The notes under the pieces were generated by a model. It searched no databases. It was given only the letters and a program-made list of their open reading frames with translations, and had not been told where the DNA came from. A program made the translations under genes and the position numbers. Of a stretch of DNA of 64,000 nucleotides, positions 17,533-27,131 are shown in pieces. This DNA comes from Clostridia bacterium (GTDB lineage Bacteria; Bacillota; Clostridia; Oscillospirales; CAG-272): contig JAFTOI010000040.1 of assembly GCA_017463865.1 (NCBI GenBank), positions 40,892 to 104,891 of the forward strand. Reading direction: 5' to 3'. Numbering within the stretch: the first letter of the stretch is position 1; each line of letters starts with the position of its first letter.

Positions 17533-18624
17533 ATGAAGATTAAAGTAATATTGTTATATTTAATTATTATATGTGGCATATTGACTTCATGTTGTGAATA
17601 TGAGCCAATCTTGATGGATATAGATATGGAAACTGTACTATCTTGCACAGCGTTTATTAATGATTGTTTGATATACAAGAAATATGATTATGGAACTGGG
17701 ATACTGGGCTTTTATTCAACGAACATGAATGGGAATACTGTTCTTTTGGGGGAAATTCCCCAATATTACATCAGCATGAGACAATCTGTAGTTCTCCAAA
17801 ATAAACTATATTCGTATGTTGGAGCATATGATAGTGAAAACAATCATCCGGACAATATATTGTTAGAAATAAATTTGGCAGAAAATGATCTGAAAACATA
17901 TAGGAATTGCGATAATACATCATTAGGAATACCAACATATTGTTTTCATGATAATATAGCAACTTTGAAAACCACAATAAACAATGAATATACAAATACA
18001 TTCATTGAGTTGTTTGATGTTAAAAATAACGAATATAACACGTTGATTTCGTGTAGCTTTAATTCTATATTGCAAAAAGGAAATGCAGTTTTCGGCATGT
18101 GTGCTGACGATAATCGCATTTACATTCTATATGATGAACGAAAAGATTCGGAAGAACTTGAGACATATTTAAAAGTTTACGATTTGACCCTTAAGGAAAT
18201 CGACTCAATAAAAATTGAACAGAATTTGCATGATTATGTAATGTCTAGCTTTATTTCTGATATGCAAGTTTTTGGTGATTATATTTATATACTCAATGCA
18301 TCAAATAACGGTACATTGTTGAGATTGGAGCAGGGAAATTTAGTGGAAGTGTACAGAGGAAAAAATTTTGAGTGTGCACGTAACCCTCTACTTACAGAAC
18401 CTGTTTTTTATACACGCAGAACAAAAACAATATTTATCCTGAAAGACAATGAATTGCGACAATACGAAATGAATATAGAAAATGATTATGTGATCAAAGC
18501 AATGCTGATAGATAAAAATTCATGTGCTGTCATATGCTGTTCGGAAAAAGGAGAGGATATCGTATATTGTGTGAATAAAAAAGTTCTCGATAAAGTGACT
18601 CTTCAATGCAAAACTATTGAATAG
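17533..18624 (+). CDS. Hypothetical lipoprotein (beta-rich)
   Basis: MKIKVILLYLIIICGILTSC lipobox; very AT-rich. Confidence 0.7.
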   Translation: MKIKVILLYLIIICGILTSCCEYEPILMDIDMETVLSCTAFINDCLIYKKYDYGTGILGFYSTNMNGNTVLLGEIPQYYISMRQSVVLQNKLYSYVGAYDSENNHPDNILLEINLAENDLKTYRNCDNTSLGIPTYCFHDNIATLKTTINNEYTNTFIELFDVKNNEYNTLISCSFNSILQKGNAVFGMCADDNRIYILYDERKDSEELETYLKVYDLTLKEIDSIKIEQNLHDYVMSSFISDMQVFGDYIYILNASNNGTLLRLEQGNLVEVYRGKNFECARNPLLTEPVFYTRRTKTIFILKDNELRQYEMNIENDYVIKAMLIDKNSCAVICCSEKGEDIVYCVNKKVLDKVTLQCKTIE

Positions 18625-18683
18625 TTTCAGACAGATTTTATCTTGACAGCAGTATCGAATCGTACTATTTTACATTATGGCTT

Positions 18684-18718
18684 TACATAATAGCATTTTG
18701 CTATACGATTTGTCAATG
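18684..18718 (-). repeat. 35-bp direct repeat, right border of island
   Basis: tacataatagcattttgctatacgatttgtcaatg. Confidence 0.85.
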
Positions 18719-18792
18719 GAAAGCCTGCGGACAGCCACAGCGGAAGCATTTACTTTTGTAATTTGGAAATCATAATCAAAAGCAGGGTTATA

Positions 18793-18857
18793 CCTCATCC
18801 GCCCCCTACGGGGCCAGATGAGGTGTCCCGCGCGGATGCGCGGGGACCCTGTCCAAC
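18793..18857. repeat. REP-like palindromic repeat, family 2
   Basis: Reverse complement matches 47997-48036 (GACAGGGT.CCCGCGCATC.GCGCGGGACACCTCATC). Confidence 0.7.
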
Positions 18858-18921
18858 TGAAACAATATAGATTTGCGTAAAGAAGCAAATGCTGCTGTCA
18901 TTTTTTCTTTCCCGGTGCATA

Positions 18922-18950
18922 TTGACGCCGCCGTCGAATCGTGTTATAAT
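18922..18950 (+). promoter_or_regulatory. sigmaA promoter
   Basis: TTGACG-N17-TATAAT with TG extension. Confidence 0.7.
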
Positions 18951-18984
18951 ATCGGTACGAAATCAAATCACCGGAGGATCCCCC

Positions 18985-19713
18985 ATGTCCATCAACCCCG
19001 CAACCATCAAGCTCATCGCCTTCGACCTTGACGGCACGCTGACCCAGCATAAGTCTCCCCTGGGCGACGAGAACCGCGCCGTCCTCGACGCGCTGGCAAA
19101 GAAATACAAGCTCATCATGGCCGGTGCCGGCATGTGCCGCCGCATCTTCAACCAGATGGGGGGCTACCCCATCGACATCATCGGCAACTACGGCCTGCAG
19201 TATGCCGAGTACGACGCAGCCAGCGGCGACATCGTCATCAAGGAGGACAACGTCCTGCCCTGCGACCGCGAATCGCTCGAGAACCGCGTCACCGCCATGC
19301 GCGAGAAGTACGGCTTCACCCAATTCAAGGGCGACAATGTCGAGTTCCACGCCTCGGGCTGCGTGACCTTCCCCATCCTTGGCACCAAGGCCGACATCGC
19401 GGACAAGCTCGCCTTCGACCCTGACCGCTCGAAGCGCCGCGCCATCTATGACGACATCAAGGCCGTCTTCAATGACTACACCGTCTTCGTCGGCGGCTCA
19501 TCCTCCTTTGACATGGCTCCTTTCCCCTACAATAAATACTACGCCCTCGACCGTTACTGCGCGGCCCGCGGCATCGCACATGACGAGGTCGTCTACGTCG
19601 GCGACGACTACGGCCCCGGCGGCAACGACGAGTCAGTCTACCTCTCCGACTTCAACTTCATCACCATCGACGACTACCGCACCTTCCCGCAGCTGATGAA
19701 ACAGTTCCTGTAA
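18985..19713 (+). CDS. HAD-IIB hydrolase, phosphomannomutase-like
   Basis: FDLDGTLT, VGGSSSFD, VGDD..GGND motifs. Confidence 0.8.
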   Translation: MSINPATIKLIAFDLDGTLTQHKSPLGDENRAVLDALAKKYKLIMAGAGMCRRIFNQMGGYPIDIIGNYGLQYAEYDAASGDIVIKEDNVLPCDRESLENRVTAMREKYGFTQFKGDNVEFHASGCVTFPILGTKADIADKLAFDPDRSKRRAIYDDIKAVFNDYTVFVGGSSSFDMAPFPYNKYYALDRYCAARGIAHDEVVYVGDDYGPGGNDESVYLSDFNFITIDDYRTFPQLMKQFL

Positions 19714-19918
19714 GCAGATCCCGCACGAGCCGACGCTATGCGCCGGCTCGTCCTGCGTTCGTCCCCCTTTCAACCTGCATTCAATCCGCACTTGCACGCA
19801 AAATTAACAATCCATTCATTGACTTTTGCGCGGATTTGCGCTACAATATATCTAATTACGAGCGATGCGCCACTCGGGTGGAACAGGGCTCGTTCTTTTC
19901 ATGTAAAGGAGTGTTTAT

Positions 19919-21664
19919 ATGCTGAAACAACTAGCCAAAAGCGTGCGCGAGTTCAAGCGGACTTCGATCGCCACGCCGATCCTGGTTGGCATGGAGGTGG
20001 TGATGGAGTGCATCATCCCCTTCCTCATCGCCGAGCTGGTCAACCAGATCAAGGCAGGGTGTGAGATGAGCACCTTGCTCAAGTACGGCCTCCTGCTGGT
20101 GCTGATGGCGCTGCTGTCGCTGACCTTCGGCGTGGCGGCCGGTGTGACCTGCTCGACCGCCTCCTGCGGCTTCGCCCGCAATCTGCGCCGTGACATGTTC
20201 TACGCCGTGCAGGGCTACTCGTTCGAGAATATCGACCGCTTCTCGACCTCGTCGCTGGTGACCCGTCTGACCACCGACGTCTCCAACGTCCAGAATGCTT
20301 ACATGATGCTCATCCGCACCGCCGTGCGCAGCCCGATGATGCTGGTCTTCTCCTTCGTGATGGCCTTCATCATGGGCGGCAAGATGGCGTGGATCTTCGT
20401 GGCCCTCATCCCGCTGCTGGGGCTCGGCCTGCTCTGCATCGCCCGCTTTGCCATGCCCCTCTTCCGCCGGGTCTTCAAGAAGTATGACAACCTCAACGCC
20501 TCGATCCAGGAGAACGTCAAGGGCATGCGGGTCGTCAAATCCTACGTCCGCGAAGGGTATGAGCAGAAGAAGTTCGGCGACGCAGCCGACGATGTCCGCG
20601 CCGACTTCACCCGCGCCGAGCGCATCCTGGCCTTCAACGGCCCGATGATGCAGTTCTGCCTCTACGCGGTCATGATCTTCGTCCAGTCCTTCGGCTCCTA
20701 TCTGGCCATCACCACCCGCGGCGTCGAGCTTGACATCGGCCAGATGTCGGCCCTGCTGACCTACGGCATGATGATCCTCAGCAGTCTCATGATGCTGTCG
20801 ATGATCTTCGTCATGCTGACCATGTCCTCGGAGTCGGCCAAGCGTATCGTCGAGGTGCTGGAGGAAAAGCCCACCCTCACCGAGAAGGCGAACCCCGTCA
20901 CCGAGGTGGCCGACGGCTCGATCGACTTCGACGGCGTCAGCTTCAAGTATTCGGCCAAGGCCGAGCGCAAGGCACTGGCGAACATCGACCTGCACGTTCG
21001 CTCGGGCGAGACGATCGGTATCATCGGCGGCACCGGCTCGTCGAAGTCGTCGCTGATCCAGCTGATCTCCCGCCTTTACGATGCCACCGAGGGCACCGTC
21101 CGCGTCGGTGGCGTCGATGTGCGCGACTATTCACTCGAGGCACTGCGCAATCAGGTCGCCGTTGTGCTGCAGAAGAACATCCTCTTCTCGGGCACGATCA
21201 AGGAAAATCTCCGTTGGGGCAACCCCGACGCCACCGACGAGGAGATGATGGAGGCCTGCCGGCTCGCCTGCGCCGACGAGTTCATCCAGACCTTCCCCGA
21301 CAAGTACGACACCTACATCGAGCAGGGCGGCGCGAACGTCTCGGGCGGCCAGAAGCAGCGTCTCTGCATTGCGCGGGCGCTGCTGAAGAAGCCGAAGATC
21401 CTGATCCTCGACGACTCGACCAGCGCTGTCGACACCCGCACCGACGCCATGATCCGCGCCGCCATGCGGCAGTTCATCCCCGAGACGACCAAGATTATCA
21501 TCGCACAGCGCACCGCCTCGGTCGAGGATGCCGACCGCATCCTCGTCATGGAGGGCGGCGAGATCGTCGCCGCCGGCCCGCACGCTGAGCTGATGAAAAC
21601 GTGCGACATTTACCGCGAGATCTATATTTCCCAGAACAAGGCAGGTGACAACGATGCAGAATAA
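19919..21664 (+). CDS. ABC exporter ATP-binding/permease subunit 1
   Basis: TM domain; GGTGSSKS, VSGGQKQR, ILDDSTSAVD (degenerate site). Confidence 0.92.
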   Translation: MLKQLAKSVREFKRTSIATPILVGMEVVMECIIPFLIAELVNQIKAGCEMSTLLKYGLLLVLMALLSLTFGVAAGVTCSTASCGFARNLRRDMFYAVQGYSFENIDRFSTSSLVTRLTTDVSNVQNAYMMLIRTAVRSPMMLVFSFVMAFIMGGKMAWIFVALIPLLGLGLLCIARFAMPLFRRVFKKYDNLNASIQENVKGMRVVKSYVREGYEQKKFGDAADDVRADFTRAERILAFNGPMMQFCLYAVMIFVQSFGSYLAITTRGVELDIGQMSALLTYGMMILSSLMMLSMIFVMLTMSSESAKRIVEVLEEKPTLTEKANPVTEVADGSIDFDGVSFKYSAKAERKALANIDLHVRSGETIGIIGGTGSSKSSLIQLISRLYDATEGTVRVGGVDVRDYSLEALRNQVAVVLQKNILFSGTIKENLRWGNPDATDEEMMEACRLACADEFIQTFPDKYDTYIEQGGANVSGGQKQRLCIARALLKKPKILILDDSTSAVDTRTDAMIRAAMRQFIPETTKIIIAQRTASVEDADRILVMEGGEIVAAGPHAELMKTCDIYREIYISQNKAGDNDAE

Positions 21665-23558
21665 GCCCCAGAAGCCGCAGGGCGGCGGCAAAATGATCCT
21701 GCGCCTCCTCAAAATGCTCTTTTCCTTCTACCCCGTCATGCTTCCCGTCACCGTTGTCTGCATTCTCTTCAACGCTGTCATCAGCTCGATCCCGGCGACC
21801 TTCATGCAGAAGGTCATCGCACTGATCGAGCAGAGCTGGTCGACCGGCGACTGGGCATCGGTCAGCGGCCAGATTTTCATCATCGTGCTGACGCTGGGCA
21901 TTCTCTACCTGCTCTCGCTGGCCTCCGGCCTGCTCTACAACCAGCTGATGGCCATCATCACGCAGGGCTCGCTGGCCAAGCTGCGTGAATCCATGTTCAA
22001 CAAGATGCAGACCCTGCCCATCAAGTACTTCGACACCCACAACCACGGCGACATCATGTCGCACTACACCAACGACATCGACACCCTGCGCCAGATGATC
22101 TCGCAGAGCTTCCCGCAGCTGCTCAGCGCGTCGGTGGTGGTGCTGACTGTGCTCTTCATCATGCTCCGGTACAGCGTCTGGATGGCACTGGTGGTGTTGA
22201 CGGGCGTGAGCGTGATGCTGGTCGTCACCCGCAAGGTGGGCGGCGGCTCGGCGCGGCACTTCGTGCGCCAGCAGAAGGCCATCGGCCGCGAGGAGGGCTT
22301 CATCGAGGAGATGATGAACGGCCAGAAGGTCGTGCAGGTCTTCTGCCACGAGGAGGCGGCCTGCGCCGACTTCGACCGGCTCAACGACGAGCTCTTCCAC
22401 GAGGCCGAGCGGGCCAACCGCTACGCCAACATGCTGGGGCCGATCCTGAACAACATCGGCAACATCCTCTACGTCATCGTGGCGCTGGCCGGCGGGCTTC
22501 TGCTGCTCTCGGGTGCGCCCAACCTCAGCCTGGCCGGCATGCCGCTCTCGATCAGCGTGGTGGTGCCCTTCCTGAACATGACCAAGCAGTTCACCGGCAA
22601 CGTCAGCCAGGTCTCGAACCAGGCCAACGCCATTGTCATGGGTCTGGCCGGCGCCGCGCGCATTTTTGCGCTGCTCGACGAAGCGCCCGAGGTGGACGAC
22701 GGCTACGTCACCCTCGTTAATGCGCGCGAGGAGAACGGCCAGCTGGTCGAGTGCGCTGAACGCACCGGCATCTGGGCATGGAAACACCCGCACCAGGCCG
22801 ACGGCAGCGTCACCTACACGCGCCTGCGCGGCGACGTGCGTCTGACCGAGGTCGACTTCGCCTACGAGGAGGGCAAGACTGTTCTGCACGATGTGACCCT
22901 CTACGCCGAGCCGGGCCAGAAGGTGGCTTTCGTCGGCGCGACCGGCGCGGGCAAGACGACCATCACCAACCTCATCAACCGCTTCTACGACATCGCCGAC
23001 GGCAAGATCCGCTACGACGGCATCAACATCAACAAGATCAAGAAGGCCGACCTCCGCCGCTCGCTGGGCATCGTGCTGCAGGACACCAACCTCTTCACCG
23101 GCACCGTCATGGACAACATCCGCTACGGCCGCCTTGATGCGACCGACGAGGACTGCATCGCGGCCGCGAAGCTGGCCGGCGCGCACGACTTCATCACCCG
23201 CCTGCCCGAGGGCTACGCGACGATGCTGACCGGCAACGGCGCAAACCTCTCGCAGGGCCAGCGCCAGCTGCTGGCGATCAGCCGCGCCGCCGTCGCCGAC
23301 CCGCCGGTCATGATCATGGACGAGGCGACCTCCTCCATCGACACCCGCACCGAGGCCATCGTCCAGCGCGGCATGGATGCGCTGATGAAGGGCCGCACGG
23401 TGTTTGTGATCGCGCACCGGTTATCGACGGTCAAAAATTCGGATGTGATCATGGTGCTTGAGCACGGTCGGATCATCGAGCGCGGCAGCCACGAAAAGCT
23501 GATCGAGGAAAAGGGGAAGTATTATCAGCTGTACACGGGTGCGTTTGAGTTGGAATAA
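21654..23558 (+). CDS. ABC exporter ATP-binding/permease subunit 2
   Basis: GATGAGKTT, LSQGQRQ, MDEATSSID, IAHRLST motifs. Confidence 0.92.
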   Translation: MQNKPQKPQGGGKMILRLLKMLFSFYPVMLPVTVVCILFNAVISSIPATFMQKVIALIEQSWSTGDWASVSGQIFIIVLTLGILYLLSLASGLLYNQLMAIITQGSLAKLRESMFNKMQTLPIKYFDTHNHGDIMSHYTNDIDTLRQMISQSFPQLLSASVVVLTVLFIMLRYSVWMALVVLTGVSVMLVVTRKVGGGSARHFVRQQKAIGREEGFIEEMMNGQKVVQVFCHEEAACADFDRLNDELFHEAERANRYANMLGPILNNIGNILYVIVALAGGLLLLSGAPNLSLAGMPLSISVVVPFLNMTKQFTGNVSQVSNQANAIVMGLAGAARIFALLDEAPEVDDGYVTLVNAREENGQLVECAERTGIWAWKHPHQADGSVTYTRLRGDVRLTEVDFAYEEGKTVLHDVTLYAEPGQKVAFVGATGAGKTTITNLINRFYDIADGKIRYDGININKIKKADLRRSLGIVLQDTNLFTGTVMDNIRYGRLDATDEDCIAAAKLAGAHDFITRLPEGYATMLTGNGANLSQGQRQLLAISRAAVADPPVMIMDEATSSIDTRTEAIVQRGMDALMKGRTVFVIAHRLSTVKNSDVIMVLEHGRIIERGSHEKLIEEKGKYYQLYTGAFELE

Positions 23559-24059
23559 AGACCTTGGGGCTTTGCCCCAAACCCCAGTTAAGGCCCTTTT
23601 CGAGAAAAGGGCCTTAACAATCCCCAAAAGCTTTCCAACACGCATGTGTTTGGGTTGCTTACAGGCCGCACATACGCATCAACTGGCAGCCGCGGTGAAC
23701 GCGGCGACCGGTCACCTGACAAATAGACAAAGAAAATGGCTTTCGGCTCGCCGCAAGGGCGAGGCACGAAAGCCATTTTAGTTTTGCTGTACGCTTCCTA
23801 TTCCAAAGTTACCTGGTGCACTGACCGGTCGCCGACTCCGGCGGCTACCGTTGATGCGTAGAGTCGAGCTGTGATGCGTCGTCACCCTAAACCAAATTAG
23901 CAGGAAGTCTTGTCAAGACATTTGTTGGAAAGCTTTTGAAGGTTCTTAGGGGACTTCCGAGATTGCCTTCGGCAATCTCCCTGGGAACTGCCCTTTGGGC
24001 AGTTCGGTTCTCGAAAAGTCCCCTAAGCAGGGTTTGGGACAGCGTCCCAAGGTCTTTTA
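23556..24059. repeat. ~500-bp imperfect fold-back palindrome ending in post-stop repeat copies B (23559-23640) and C (23921-24056)
   Basis: Nested pairings 23648-57/23883-92, 23673-83/23850-60 and 23702-14/23822-34; central hairpin 23733-23779. Confidence 0.85.
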
Positions 24060-25991
24060 CTTCCGCTTCTCCGCAACCTCCATCACAGCGTCAGCCACAA
24101 ACTGGTCGACCGGCATTGCGCCGAGGTCGCCGGCTTTGCGGGAGCGGACTGCGACGGTGCCGTCCTGCATTTCCTTGTCGCCGATGATGAGCATGTAGGG
24201 GATCTTTTCGAGTTGGGCGGAGCGGATCTTGTAGCCGATGGTTTCGTTGCGGCCGTCGATTTCGACGCGCATGCCCACGTTGTCGAGCTTGGCCTTGACC
24301 GACTTTGCGTAGTCCATCTGCTCGGGGCCGAAGGGCAGAATCTTGATCTGGGTGGGGGCCATCCACATCGGGAGGGCGCCGGCGTACTTCTCGATGAGGA
24401 GGGCGAGCGTGCGCTCGTAGCAGCCCATCGAGGTGCGGTGGATGATATAGGGGCGAACCTTCTTGTCATCGCGGTCGGTGTACTCCATGCCGAACTTCTC
24501 GGCCAGCAGCATGTCGATTTGGATGGTGATGAGGGTGTCCTCCTTGCCGAAGACGTTCTTAATCTGGATGTCCAGCTTCGGGCCGTAGAAGGCGGCCTCG
24601 TCGATGCCAATCTTGTAGTCGATGCCCAGGTCGTCGAGGATCTTCTTCATGACGCCCTGCGCGTGCTCCCACTGCTCGGGCGTGCCTTCGTACTTGTTGT
24701 TCGGGTTGGCGGGATCCCACTGCGAGAAGCGGAAGGAGCAGTCCTCCTTGAGGCCAAGGGTCTCGAGGCAGTAGTTGGCCAGCTCGAAGCAGCCGCGGAA
24801 CTCCTCCTCCAGCTGATCGGGACGGAGGATCAGGTGGCCCTCCGAGATGGTGAACTGGCGGACGCGGATCAGGCCGTGCATCTCGCCCGAGTCCTCGTTG
24901 CGGAAGAGGGTGGACGTCTCACCGAGGCGCATGGGCAGGTCGCGGTAGGAGCGGGCGCGGTTGAGGAAGACCTGATACTGGAAGGGGCAGGTCATCGGGC
25001 GGAGGGCGAAGCACTCCTTCGTCTCGTCGTAAGGGTCGCCGAGGATGAACATACCGTCGAGGTAGTGATCCCAGTGGCCGGAGATCTTGTACAGATCGCG
25101 CTTGGCCATGAGGGGCGTCTTGGTCAGCAGGTAGCCGCGCTTGGCCTCTTCGTCCTCGATCCAGCGCTGGAGGGTCTGGATGACCTTCGCGCCCTTCGGC
25201 AGCAGGATGGGCAGGCCCTGGCCGATCGAGTCGACGGTGGTGAAGTACTCCAGCTCGCGGCCGAGCTTGTTGTGGTCGCGCTTGCGGGCCTCCTCAAGCT
25301 GGGTCAGATGCGCCTTGAGGGCGTCCTTGGAGGGGAAAGCGGTGCCGTAGACACGCTGCAGCATCTTGTTGTTCTGGTCGCCCTTCCAGTAGGCGCCGGT
25401 GCACTGGGTCAGCTTGTACGCCTTGACCGCGCCGGTGGCGAAGAGGTGGGGGCCGGCGCAGAGGTCGACGAACTCGCCCTGGCGGTAGAAGCTGATGACG
25501 GCATCGTCGGGCAGCTCGTTGATGAGCTGCACCTTGTAGGGCTCGTCGCGCTCGGTCATCAGAGCCACTGCCTCGTCGCGGGGCAGCTCGAAGCGCTCGA
25601 TGCGGAGGTTTTCCTTGACGATCTTCTTCATCTCACCCTCGAGCGCGGTCAGCACCTCGGGCGTGAAGGAGATCTCAGAGTCGAAGTCGTAGTAGAAGCC
25701 GCCGTCGATGGCCGGGCCGATGGTCAGCTTGGTGGCAGGGTAAAGGCGCTTGACGGCCTGCGCGAGGACGTGAGCCGCAGTGTGGTTGAAGACATGCGCG
25801 CCGCCCTCGTCGGTGAAGGTGAGGAGCTTGACGTCGTCGCCCTCGGCGAGCGGCTTGGTGAGCGCGCAGAGCTCGCCGTTGACCTCAGCGGCGAGAACCT
25901 CGCGGCTGATGAGGCCTGCGGCCTGCGCAGCGTCATAAACGGTGACGTTTTCGTCGGCGCTGATCGGCGCGCCGTTGATGATGATGTTCAT
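24057..25991 (-). CDS. thrS: Threonyl-tRNA synthetase
   Basis: TGS domain, HTAAHVLAQA, DLCAGPH, RDHNKLG, RPMTCP, AFYGPKLD, IIHR motifs. Confidence 0.97.
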   Translation of the reverse strand: MNIIINGAPISADENVTVYDAAQAAGLISREVLAAEVNGELCALTKPLAEGDDVKLLTFTDEGGAHVFNHTAAHVLAQAVKRLYPATKLTIGPAIDGGFYYDFDSEISFTPEVLTALEGEMKKIVKENLRIERFELPRDEAVALMTERDEPYKVQLINELPDDAVISFYRQGEFVDLCAGPHLFATGAVKAYKLTQCTGAYWKGDQNNKMLQRVYGTAFPSKDALKAHLTQLEEARKRDHNKLGRELEYFTTVDSIGQGLPILLPKGAKVIQTLQRWIEDEEAKRGYLLTKTPLMAKRDLYKISGHWDHYLDGMFILGDPYDETKECFALRPMTCPFQYQVFLNRARSYRDLPMRLGETSTLFRNEDSGEMHGLIRVRQFTISEGHLILRPDQLEEEFRGCFELANYCLETLGLKEDCSFRFSQWDPANPNNKYEGTPEQWEHAQGVMKKILDDLGIDYKIGIDEAAFYGPKLDIQIKNVFGKEDTLITIQIDMLLAEKFGMEYTDRDDKKVRPYIIHRTSMGCYERTLALLIEKYAGALPMWMAPTQIKILPFGPEQMDYAKSVKAKLDNVGMRVEIDGRNETIGYKIRSAQLEKIPYMLIIGDKEMQDGTVAVRSRKAGDLGAMPVDQFVADAVMEVAEKRK

Positions 25992-26029
25992 GGTGGTATC
26001 CTTTCTATATGATGATTTTTTGACGGAAA

Positions 26030-26779
26030 TCAATACAGATCGACCGGGATCATGATCTTGAGCTGGTTGATCTTCGAGGTGTAGGCCTTCTGCTGCTTGT
26101 CGGCCAGCACCTGCTGGGCAAGCTGCGCCTTGATCTGCTCGTAGGGGATCTCGGCGGCGGCCTTTCTGTTCGTCAGCTTGATGAGGTGGTAGCCGAACTG
26201 CGTCTTGACCGGCGCGGAAATTTCGCCGACATTCATTGCGAACACAGCCGCGTCGAACTCGGGCACCATCTGGCCGCGGCCGAACTCGCCCAGCGAGCCG
26301 CCCTCAGCCGAGGAGGGGCAGGAGCTGTACTGGCGTGCGGCGTCCTCAAAGGTGATCTTGCCGGCCGCGATGTCGGCGGCGATCTCATTGGCCTTTGCCT
26401 CGCTGTCCACGAGAATGTGGCTGGCCTCGACGGTGTCGCCGGCGACCATCTCGCTCTTGTGATCCTCGTAGAACTGCTTGACCTCAGCCTCGTCGACCTT
26501 CACGCTGGCGAGCGCCTTTTCGATGGCGAAGTTGGCCAGCAGCTCGTCCTTGATCTTGGCCAGCTGAGCCTGGAAGGAGGGATCTGCTTCGTAGAAATTG
26601 CGCTTGGCCTCCGCAATCAGCAGCTGCTTGTTGACCAGCTGCTCGAGGATGGCGCGTCTGCCCTCGGGGGAGTTGTAGGCTTGTGCCTTCTGCCCCATCG
26701 AGGCGATAGCGGCGGTCACGTCTGCCTCGGTGATGACGGCGGCGCCGACCTTGGCAAGAATTCTGATGTTTGCGTCCAT
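26030..26779 (-). CDS. Parvulin-type peptidyl-prolyl cis-trans isomerase (no signal peptide)
   Basis: ASHILV, SCPS..GGSLG.FGRGQMVPEF, KTQFGYHLIK motifs. Confidence 0.9.
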   Translation of the reverse strand: MDANIRILAKVGAAVITEADVTAAIASMGQKAQAYNSPEGRRAILEQLVNKQLLIAEAKRNFYEADPSFQAQLAKIKDELLANFAIEKALASVKVDEAEVKQFYEDHKSEMVAGDTVEASHILVDSEAKANEIAADIAAGKITFEDAARQYSSCPSSAEGGSLGEFGRGQMVPEFDAAVFAMNVGEISAPVKTQFGYHLIKLTNRKAAAEIPYEQIKAQLAQQVLADKQQKAYTSKINQLKIMIPVDLY

Positions 26780-26842
26780 GGTATATCTCCTGTTTTTAAG
26801 AATATCGTTGTGCAAAATCAATTTGCGGACGAATGAAACCGA

Positions 26843-26914
26843 TGTCATCCTGAGCGCAGCGAAGGATCTTTTCCTTCGCAAAGATTCTTCGTCGCTCTGC
26901 TCCTCAGAATGACA
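26843..26914. repeat. REP-like palindromic element, family 3
   Basis: TGTCATCCTGAGCGCAGCGAAGGATCT...AGATTCTTCGTCGCTCTGCTCCTCAGAATGACA, imperfect inverted repeat. Confidence 0.7.
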
Positions 26915-26932
26915 GAATCGTTTCGTTTGAAT

Positions 26933-27125
26933 AAAGAAAATCCCGAACATACACAGTATGTTCGGGGTGCGGATACGAAATTCACACGGTTCCACCCGAG
27001 CGTTTCACTCAGAGAATGTGTTCAATTAAACGGACGAGTGGTACCGACACCGACCCAAGTCGCGCATCGCAGCATCAGCGCGCTCTCTGTGCATGGGCTA
27101 CCGGGGACGACAAGTCTCCTCCATA
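26933..27125 (-). ncRNA. T-box riboswitch, Thr (ACC) specifier
   Basis: AGAGAG/GCTGA stem I; ACC at 27040-42; GGGTGGAACCGTG T-box at 26985-97; terminator CCCGAACATAC..GTATGTTCGGGATTTT. Confidence 0.88.
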
Positions 27126-27131
27126 GGGGTT

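Noticed and set aside
26780-26995. N-terminal extension of the PPIase in the ORF track (similarly 7723-7788, 8747-8941, 13092-13214, 47943-48035)
   Set aside because: The extensions run through riboswitch, repeat or promoter DNA; RBS-supported starts lie downstream.
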